In this document: positions 54,109-64,000 of the stretch, one piece after another
Layout of the letters: each line of letters starts with the position of its first letter
How positions within the stretch are numbered: position 1 is the stretch's first letter
Assembly: GCF_001194135.2 (NCBI RefSeq)
Contig: NC_069004.1
Span: 13,562,183-13,626,182 of the forward strand
DNA length: 64,000 bases
Source of the DNA: Octopus bimaculoides
Taxonomy: Eukaryota
Reading direction: 5' to 3'
Program-made: the position numbers and the translations under genes
Notes under the pieces: generated by a model
The model's input: only the letters and a program-made list of their open reading frames with translations
Database searches by the model: none
Told to the model about the DNA's origin: nothing

Positions 54109-57100
54109 ATTATTATCATTATTATCATGTCTCTTGGCCAGGACATTACATTTTTCACTGATCCATTTATCTAGTTCAGTGTTTCCTAAGCAAATTTGTT
54201 TCTCTTGCAGAAGCTTTGAAATACATCCCATGTCTCAAGAGAACCCCTACATCAGCAGTTTTCAACTGGGGTCCATATGAAATCCAGTGGTTCATGCAAG
54301 ACTTTTGAGAGTCCATGCAAACAAAATAGTGAGCTGGGGATTGAAAGGGCCCATGAAATAAAATGCTCCTTTGGATGTATTCATTGCAAGAAACAGTTAG
54401 GTTTCTTTCTCTCACATTTTACATAGTTCAACCTATAGAAGTGAGTGTGTGAAAAACAAAATAGGAATTTTGAAAGAAGGAGTTATAAAGATAGTTTTTA
54501 AGCATCAAATGACTAAGGGAATCCACCAGAATAGAATAGCAATCAAAAAAAAATTAGGGTTGAGAACCACTTCTCTACATTAAGATTATAAATCTTTTAT
54601 TACTCTTTTTCTTTTATAACATTAAATCTTATTAAGAGATTAAACAAATCATTTCAAAGATTTAGCAAAGTTAAATCCAACAAACTCCACAATAAAAAAA
54701 ATGGTATACTCTTTTTCTTTTACTCTTTTACTTGTTTCAGTCATTTGNNNNNNNNNNNNNNNNNNNNNNNNNNNNNNNNNNNNNNNNNNNNNNNNNNNNN
54801 NNNNNNNNNNNNNNNNNNNNNNNNNNNNNNNNNNNNNNNNNNNNNNNNNNNNNNNNNNNNNNNNNNNNNNNNNNNNNNNNNNNNNNNNNNNNNNNNNNNN
54901 NNNNNNNNNNNNNNNNNNNNNNNNNNNNNNNNNNNNNNNNNNNNNNNNNNNNNNNNNNNNNNNNNNNNNNNNNNNNNNNNNNNNNNNNNNNNNNNNNNNN
55001 NNNNNNNNNNNNNNNNNNNNNNNNNNNNNNNNNNNNNNNNNNNNNNNAACCGCTAAGTGACGGGGACATAAACACACCAGCATCGTTTGTCAAGCAATGC
55101 TAGGGGGACAAACACAGACACACACACACACATATATATATATACATATATACGACGGGCTTCTTTCAGTTTCCATCTACCAAATCCACTCACAAGGCTT
55201 TGGTCGGCCCGAGGCTATAGTAGAAGACATTTGCCCAAGATGCCACGCAGTGGGACTGAACCCAGAACCATGTGGTTGGTAAGCAAGCTATAAAACCAAA
55301 ACCTTGCTTAAACCAAATTCCCCTACATTTTCTTAGTAAGAGGTCATTTTCCCTCATAGGGTTAGGGTTAGGGTCTCCTTACTACTATAGACACCATGAT
55401 TTTCAATAGGCTGAGCATCTTTTATCTATTACATGTTTCAGTCATTAGACTGTGGCCATGTTGAGGAGTAGCTTTGACCTCAGTATTTTTTTTTCTTTTT
55501 GATCTGGTACTTAATTTGCTAAACCACTAAGTTATGGGAATGGTGGTTGTTAAGCAGTAGTGAGGGACAAACACACATACAATAGGCCTTTTTTCAGCTT
55601 CTGTCTTCAACCAAATTCACTCACAAGGCTTTAGTCAGAGCCCAAGGATATAGTAAAAGACACTTGCCCAAGGTGCTACGCAATGGGACTGAACTCTGAA
55701 CCATGTGGTTGGGAAGCAAGCTTGTAACCACATAGCCACAAAAACAGAGTTAAACACAAAGAATTACACAAAATTGCATTACCATACATTTAACATATCT
55801 ATCACTGTTGTTTGCAGAAGCCTAGTTGGAAAATTCTGATCTAGCTGTTGAATATGCAAGGGGCAAATTACAAGCTTTTCTGGCGAAGCTGTTTGTGAAA
55901 CATAAGGGCCTTGACAAGAAGAATATTTTAAACATTTCTTTATCTCTAAACTGGAGAGATGATTATTAAGTGTCTTGACAATATTTAGTTAATTTTAGCA
56001 ACTATGGCCAAGTCTCAAAAATGTATACAGAAATAATTATCTAGTGAGAAAAAGATAACTTTAAGAATAGATGCTTGCTGCATCAAATATGTTTAACCTA
56101 ATTAAACTAATGCTTTCCATGACTATGGTGAGTCTTTCATCACTACTTTAGTAAGTACAGCAAATAGTACACTTTACTGATGAGGTCAGAATAAGACTTA
56201 ACAGACTGGTCACCCATACTTGTCAGAAAAATTAAAGCATTAGTCATTGGTTAAGTTTTGTTTTTCATTTTTCATGCCAACAAATGATTATTTTGAGATA
56301 AGTTTTTAATGCTCCATATATTAAATGGTCAACACAAAATTACCAAACTATTTCTAAACATATGCTAATACTTACTCAATCTCTCTCATATGTGTGTGTG
56401 GGTGTAAAAACATGACATTTCTGGAAATCAACAATCTCAGTCAAGTAAGCATGAAGTTCTAAGATATTTTAAGCAAAGGAAATGAATTTGCAATATCCAT
56501 ACCTTTCTCAAAGCATACAGTATCAATGTAAGTGAAACAGCAATTGGACACTGAAAATAGGTCACTGAGTACATATATTCAGTGCTTATCTTTTAGTACA
56601 CAATCACACACAAACACACAGCAGACAGAGTGTATATATAAACAAAACAATGAAAGAGTGTGTATACATGTTTGAGATAGATAGTCAATATGTAAGAGAA
56701 AGACAACAAACATGTCTGTGATAAAGACAGACAGAAGCAAGTGATAAAGTAGTTGATCTAGAGAGAGAGAGAGAGAGAGAGAGGGGAAGAAGAGGGAGGA
56801 TTGCAATAAAAGATTTGATATAAACTGGGTACAATTCATGAGTGCTATTTCTTGAGTAGAGAGGACAAGGATTTTTCAAGAGAAACACAAGTGTTGCAGA
56901 AATAAACTAAGGTATATGGAAAGACTCAGGTTGATTAAATATACTGTGTAAGTGGAGCCAAACAAGCAAGCAAAACATACTTCAGTAATTTTCTGTGGTT
57001 ATTTTACTATGACTAAATGAATCAGAGTTCATTAACTAAACCAAGTGTTGTACTGGACGCCCCGGTTACAGGAAGAGAGGACGAAACAAGACAGAACAAT

Positions 57101-57644
57101 AGTATAAATTATAAGAATGCTTCTGTACCTAAAACATAAAACAATTTGAAAGGTCATTCACCCTTGGAACCCTCAACTTTTAACAGGCATTTTAAGGTTT
57201 ATCTTTTTACTTGTTTCACTCGTTAGTCTGCAGCCATGCTGGAGCATTGAAAGGTTTAGTCAAATGAATTTACCCCAGTACTTATTTTTCAAGCCTGGTA
57301 CTTTATTTTCTATAAGTCTCTTTTTGTCAATCTGCTATATTACAGGGATGTGAACAAACCAACACTAGTTGTCAGGTGGTGGAGACTGGGGCTTTCATCA
57401 TTTTCTATCTACCAAATACACTCACAAGGCTTTGGTCAGCCCTAGGCTGTAGAAGAGAACAATTGTCCAAGGTGACATGCAGTAGGACTGAACTTGGAAC
57501 CATGTCATTGGGAAGCAAACTTCTTAACACACAGCCACTTTGCACCAAAAGCTAATATGAAAGTTATTGATAGATGCACTCAATGATTTGATTCTGTTCA
57601 CGTAACTACATTTTGTCAGAATTTTGGAAAGATATACCCAGTGT

Positions 57645-58010
57645 ATTAAACTGTGGCCATGCTGGGGCACTGCTTTCAAGAATGTTAGTCAAATGAATTG
57701 ACCTCAATATTTTTTTTTTTAAAGTACTGGTACTTATTCTAACAGACACTCTTGTCGAACTGCTAAGTCACACAGACATAAACATACCAACACCAGTTGT
57801 CAAGTAGTGTAGGGGACAAAACACAGACACAAGACACACACACACACACACCCAGGCTTCTTTCAGTGTCCGTCTACCAAATCCACTCACAAAGCTTTGG
57901 TCAGCGCCTGAAGCTATAGTAGAAGACACTTACTTGCCCAGGGTGTCACGCAGTGGGATTGAACCTAAAACCATGTGGTTGGGAAGCAAACCTCTTAACA
58001 CACAGCCAAA
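57645..58010 (-). mobile_element. tRNA-derived SINE, family A
   Basis: One of four same-orientation copies (54710-55290, 55425-55740, 57205-57545, 57645-58010). Confidence 0.85.
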
Positions 58011-58863
58011 TTATAATCTTATTGGAAGACAGGGAAGATTAAGCAGTTCCAATTTATAGGAAAATGATGTCAAAATCTTACAGCCATACGTCAGTTGATC
58101 TCTAATAGAATGTGATTGAAATAGAAAGAAAAGAGAGGATTTAATTTATTGGTCATTTAAATACAATATTTCCTGGGAATCAAGAGTAGATTGCTGACTC
58201 ACTGAAGAAAGATCTCACTTCAGTTTCATTGCATCCACATACAATAAATAAATCAATACATTAGGTTTTACATAGAAACAGTGACCGAGTGGTTTAAGGT
58301 AGNNNNNNNNNNNNNNNNNNNNNNNNNNNNNNNNNNNNNNNNNNNNNNNNNNNNNNNNNNNNNNNNNNNNNNNNNNNNNNNNNNNNNNNNNNNNNNNNNT
58401 AAGTCCGCACAATGATAATCTAAAATCTCCCCCAAGAACAGTACTGCATTCTGAGGCAAGACATTTTTCTCTACTTGACTCAATATATCAATTATTCCAA
58501 ATCCCAAAGTCTAATAATCTATAAAAGACTTGCAGCAACATTACTGTGTTAACTTCGTTGGTAGTGTGTGTCGGAGAGAAAGAGAGGAAGAAAGAAGAGA
58601 AGACATAGGCAAGCACTACAAAACCAACTTCAATTTAATTAAGCAGGTAAGATTTACATTTAAAAGAACAAAATAAACGAAACTAAACTAGATATTCTAT
58701 TAAATAATTCTTGAAATATAAACTAATTATCACTCATTTTGAAAGAAACTTAGTTTTTCAGATTTCTCTTAGAAATTTCTTTTAAAAAAACATTAATCCT
58801 CGCAGGAAGAAGAGACAAAAGCAGTGAAAAGAATCCCCATTAATTACTGTTAACTGTCTGTTC

Positions 58864-58896
<33 letters not shown>

Positions 58897-59229
58897 CTGG
58901 AAGCAATGAGGATGAAAGCTGGTGACATAAGTAGAGTACATTGTATCAGCTTGGAACAAATGGTAGAACATAAAAACAAGATTTAGCTAATAGATTTCTT
59001 CTTCAGTCAATAATGATGCCTTTATTAGAAGAGAAATTACAAAAGCTAAGTGAAGACAATAATAATAATAATAATAATGATGATGATAAAAGAGATGTTT
59101 TATGTGGTTTGAAAAGAAACAGTAATAAAGATGAATGTGGGTTGGAGTGTAAAAGAAAAATAAATCCCTTATCTAAAATAAATTAGTTTTCTAAATGTAC
59201 TGTCTTGACATTCATGATTGTATATGTGT

Positions 59230-59288
<59 letters not shown>

Positions 59289-59680
59289 TAAATAAATATA
59301 TACATAAATATAAAAAGATATATACCCACACAGGATATATATACATAAATATAAAGATATATATACACATAATATATATATATACATAAATGTTTATAGA
59401 TATATACATACATATAATATACACATATATAGATAAAAATATATACATATATAAATATATATACAGATATAGATATAAATATATGCATATATAAATATAG
59501 AGTTGAAATTTATAGAAAAACAAAAGACGAAAACAGGTGTATGAACAGATATAAATATATACATATATAGATATAAATATATACATATATAGATATAAAT
59601 ATATACATATGTAAATATATACATATACAAATATATACATATATAGATATAAATATATATATATATATATATATTATACA
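59230..59680. repeat. Compound (CA)n/(AT)n microsatellite
   Basis: Direct reading. Confidence 0.95.
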
Positions 59681-60418
59681 CATCTAAGTATTATTATATA
59701 CATTACACGCACACACATAAACAAAACAAACAAAATACTCAGATTTTTATAGAAAGGAACTATAGAACAATGAATAGAAGCCTAATTACCATACAATATG
59801 AATATTCTTCAACTCTACAGATTTCAATGATTAAACACACCACCACTACTACCACCAAGTCTATACACGTGTTTATATAATGTAGCTAATTCTTTGGTTC
59901 ATCCCATTCAAAAAAAAAAAATGAAAGAAAATGGAATACATAACTCCTACAAACTAAAAAAAGCGTGTATTTTCATTTCACAAATGGCCAATCTACAGAG
60001 CACTTTTTAAATATGTTCTACAGGAATGTTCATAGAAAGGTAGAGCTTTCAATGTCATACGAAACAAAACAGGGAGAAAAATGGTAAAAAAAAAGTCCAG
60101 GGCAGTTTTTTTGGTTTTGTTGCATTTTCTTTCTTTTTGTTTTATTTTGGTTGAGTGGTAAGAAGCTTGCTTCCCAACCCATGATTTCGGATTCAATCCC
60201 AATATGAAGCACCTTGGGCAAGTGCCTTCTTCTATAACCTAAGGTCAACTGAAGTGTTGTGAGTGGAAATGGAAAGAAGCCCAGCATGTGTGTGTGTGTG
60301 TGTGCATTCCAGCTTACCAGTTTTCAGTCAAACCGTCCAACCCATGCCAGCATGGAAAGCGGACATTAAATGTTGATGATGGTGATATATAAATATATAT
60401 CTATATATGTTATATATG

Positions 60419-61237
60419 CAGGGAATTCAGGTTTAATTTGAGGATTTTCTTTGTCTTCTTTTTTCAGGAACAGCTTCATGTATTGGTGAACAGTGAATAG
60501 CATTGGAGAGCACAAACAAAGGTGGTAACTGAGAAAAAGTTAGCTGACATGGAGGAATGGAAGCCGTCTGAATATTGGAACAGAGTTACCTGTATCATGA
60601 TGATTCATGTCAGGTATCAAAATGCCAACATCAGGACTGCTGCTCAACACACTATAAAGGTTGTAAGATGTGATATAGATATCATGAAAACCAAGTTCTC
60701 CCCAATCTGCGGTGGTCTTTGGGTGTGCCTCCAGTGAAAGTGACGTCATGCCACCACACATCTTTGAACAGGGCCTTAGTATCAATTCAAACAGCTATGT
60801 AAAGCTGCTGGAGACTGAGGTCAGTCCGTAGCTGGAAAGGGTTGCTGCTGAAAGGCCATATGTGTGGCAGCAGGATTCAGCTCCTTGCCATACCTCAGGA
60901 AAGAGACAGGAGTGGTTGTTGGAGTATTTCTACAACTTCACCAGCCCCAATATTCCAACCTTCCGATTCCCCCAATTGTAATCCCATGGATTACTATGTG
61001 TGGAGCATGGTTGAAAAAGATACCAACTGCTCTGCCTGCAACACCAAGGCTTAGTCGATGGTCAAAATCAAGGAAGTGTTTGAAGATCTTCCCAGATACA
61101 TGCACTAGGTCCTCAAGCCATCTTAAGGCCATGGTGGAAGCTGAACTTTTTGATCTTTTTAAATAGTTTTATTTTTGGATGGGACATTGTGTTTTGCTTT
61201 CCTTTCATGCAAACTCAAATGTTGCCTGAACACCCTC
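60419..61237 (+). mobile_element. Internally deleted DD37D (maT-like) Tc1/mariner element
   Basis: TIRs cagggaattcagg...atttgag and its diverged inverse; DVMPPHIFEQGL...YVWQQDSAPCHTSG...NCNPMDYYVW with D-37-D spacing after removing a 1-nt insertion. Confidence 0.88.
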
Positions 61238-62990
61238 TGTCTGTCTGTGTGTGTGCATATGTGTTGTGAGTTTTAGTTTTTTTCCCATCACTTCTTGAAA
61301 CCTTGTTGGTTTGTTTACATCTCCATAACTTAGCAGTTTGACAAAAAAGAAAAAAAGACTGATAGGATAAGTAAGCAATGCTCCAGCATGGCTGCAGTCT
61401 AATGAGTGAAACAAGTAAAAGAAATTATAAGAGTTCTGCCAAAATGTTTTACAAAGAACATCATCTCTGCCCAAACCATCAGAACTCACCTGTCCTCATA
61501 GTACACAAACACATCTTACAAATTAAATATCCAGAAAACCAACTTCCTAAAATCAATCTGTTGCCATCAGTGAAAGAACCAAGATTCCTCAGTGATGATA
61601 TATTAGTGCTGGGGGGGGGGGGGAGAAAAGTGAAGAAGAAATGAGACAGTGTTTGATTTGTTGTTTTAATGCATCTAATGTTTTGCACAGTCTGTAAGAT
61701 GTGTAGTCTAGTGATCTGGGTAACAGGCTTCTGATCAAAAGATCATGAATTCAGTACCTGGGCAGGCAGCATGTCGTACCCTTCAGCAAGGCACACCATT
61801 TCACACTGCTCCAACCAACTCAGCTCAAAATGAGTAGCTGCTTAGTGTTGGTGCTGCCCTCTCTCCTTCATTTCCTAAATCAGTGTTTCTCAACCATTTT
61901 TTTACCTATAGACCTCTTTGATTCCTATTTTATTCAAGTGGTCCCTCTCAGAGCCATTCGATGCTCATAGTTTGTTACCAATGTGAGTTGTATCTGCTGT
62001 TAAGAAGTTCACTTCACAGTCACATGATTTCCAGTATCTCTGGTTATCATCCTGGACTGACGAATGCTTTGTAAGTGAATTTGGTGGACAGAAACTGAAT
62101 GAAGCCTGGCATGTGCTGTATCTGTCTGCTGATTTTCAATTTTGTTTTTTTACTATTAATCCTTTTGACAGCTCACCCAGGACTGCTCTTGGTTCAATGA
62201 TCCAGACTCCTTGCTTTAAAGCAGTAGTTCTCCACTGGGGTCATATGACCCTTGAGGGTCCATATAAGATTTTGTGTTTAAATTTTATGTCCAATAAACT
62301 GGTTATACTTCTAAAATACACAAAGTATTTTCAATAATTTTTTTATACAATTTTTAATAATATCTAATTATAAAAACATAATAGAATTTTTTAAACACTG
62401 AATGGATATGAGTAAAATAGGAATCAAAGGGCAGGCATCCACATAGGCAAAAAATGGTCGAGAAACAATGCTTTAGAGTGAGTGATCTAAATTTTTAAAA
62501 AAACTTCAGTTAAAATTTCATGTTAAGTTTTTGTTTGAAATATCAAGCCTAATGGCAATGATACTTTACTAAATTCTACATGATTTTCAACAGTAATTGA
62601 AACAAAAACAATATTTCAACAGAAATATAAGAAAAGGGTTAATAAAGTTTCTATAGTTAACATTTCAGGGTTTGTTTTTGTTGTTTTTTTTGCCTTTTAG
62701 GTGTATATTTTTTCTTTATATAAGATGGAGGTGTCATGAACTTTGTTTAGTATTGTAAAAAGCTCCTTGCTGTAAAATGCATGGCAGATGTTTTAGGACA
62801 GGAAGCAACCAACAAAGCAATACTTATGCCAAAGTCTAAATTCCAGGCTGAAACAATTTTAGTTCACAAAAGAAACAACAGAGGTCTAAACCCTTTGATA
62901 CCAAACCAGCCTGGGACCAGCCATGGTTCTATGATATAAAGTTTCCTATTTTAAAGTGATCTAAATTAAAACCTTTCAACAAAATTTTCA

Positions 62991-63154
62991 CCCTTTAGCA
63001 TTCAGATTATTCTATTAAATGTAAATGTTTTGAATTTATCTCATAGCCTTGAGATTTCGATTATGTAACATGCAGGGTAGGTGTGAGAGTCTGTATCTGA
63101 CCAGTTTGAACATAAAACAGGTAGAATATTTTGGCTGGTTTAAATGCTAAAAGG
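62991..63154 (-). mobile_element. piggyBac-like MITE, shortened copy
   Basis: CCCTTTAGCATT...AATGCTAAAAGG; body in reverse orientation to 23976. Confidence 0.7.
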
Positions 63155-63904
63155 TTATGATAATTTATGTTCCAAAAACTAGCTAAAGTGTTATTTGATT
63201 AAATTCCTATTTTAAAAATTAATCACAACAAAAGCAGGAACATGGTAACAAACAGGCTAAGATGAGAGCAAGGTGGCTATTGTTCTATTAAATCCATCAA
63301 ATCCAAATTGGCAAGGAAAGAAAAAAGCACGTCAAAGTAATGAAGGTAACTATATAATGCATGTATGTGTATACATTACATCTGCATTTCCATGTTAGTG
63401 TATGTATGTGCATGCATGTATATTTGCCTGAATGTGTTTGGGTGTGTGTGCATGCACAGAAAGAAAGAGTCACTGTGACATTAAGGTTCTGAACATTGTC
63501 AAATGTCGAGTATTTACTTGCACCAGCCTTCATCCCACAATCTTTAAGAAAAAACAAAAAAAAGCACACAACACTGCGTGCCTGAAATAGTAAAGTTCCA
63601 CACCAATTTCACAGTTGAATGATTAACACGAAATAAAAAAGCAAAAAAAAAAGAAAGAAAAGAGGTGGAGTGGTTTCAATCAATCAATATTCAATCGATA
63701 TCCAAATATATAGACTTACAAAAACACAAAATTCATTCCTACTCATAGCTGAAGAATCTGACAATCACACTACACCATGCACCACAGCCACGAGCCAGAG
63801 AGCCTCTACATGGTCAAACAACCTTTAGAAATAGCAGCCAAATCTTCCAGAAATAACTCTTTTAAAAAAAAGGACAAATTTAAAGATATTTATTCAGTGC
63901 ATGA

Positions 63905-63958
<54 letters not shown>

Positions 63959-64000
63959 TGTAAAATTGAGATAGAATGGTCACAGGTAAAATGTCTGATA

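Noticed and set aside
55357-55373. About three TTAGGG units
   Set aside because: Too short to call an interstitial telomere
56177-56212. CTGATGA-GGTC...GACT hammerhead-like start
   Set aside because: No GAAA and no stem I pairing
56503-56550. 48-nt AG...GT exon-like segment on the minus strand
   Set aside because: No DOT1L similarity, and it has a stop in the frame required by the next exon; a poison or UTR exon cannot be supported without RNA data
57045-57095. ggacGAAAC motif in a GC-rich patch
   Set aside because: The upstream CUGANGA core and cleavage triplet are missing
63509-63575. Strong pyrimidine tracts with possible small exons on the minus strand
   Set aside because: No recognisable peptide and no way to distinguish them from chance splice-like signals

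Overview
AT-rich, repeat-dense eukaryotic genomic DNA with eight N gaps. The SINE/MITE/microsatellite content suggests an Octopus genome (inference). The only host gene I can support is DOT1L (histone H3K79 methyltransferase) on the minus strand. I reconstructed 11 consecutive GT-AG coding exons (44869 down to 17505; 877 nt, 292 full codons) that splice in frame and encode almost the whole catalytic domain (WACEDFPDLK...DLGSGVGQ...GIEK...KGDFL...VIFVNNFAFG...SWTG...KNPKLR). I could not find the first ~42 codons or any C-terminal exon in the window. The rest is intronic or intergenic: tRNA-derived SINEs, CR1-like and RTE LINE fragments, DD37D (maT-like) Tc1/mariner relics, Helitrons, TTAA-flanked piggyBac-like MITEs, hAT-like MITEs and AT/CA/TAA microsatellites. 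Nearly all ORFs in the supplied track are microsatellite or gap artefacts. The most notable signals: (1) a near-intact Penelope-like GIY-YIG fragment bracketed by 91-bp inverted termini with a hammerhead ribozyme candidate; (2) a separate, well-formed type I hammerhead with an unusual core; (3) a 198-bp spacerless palindrome and two other long fold-backs in DOT1L introns, which are candidate dsRNA/ADAR substrates; (4) a one-codon acceptor shift in DOT1L. None is demonstrated to be functional. Repeat boundaries are approximate unless termini are quoted.
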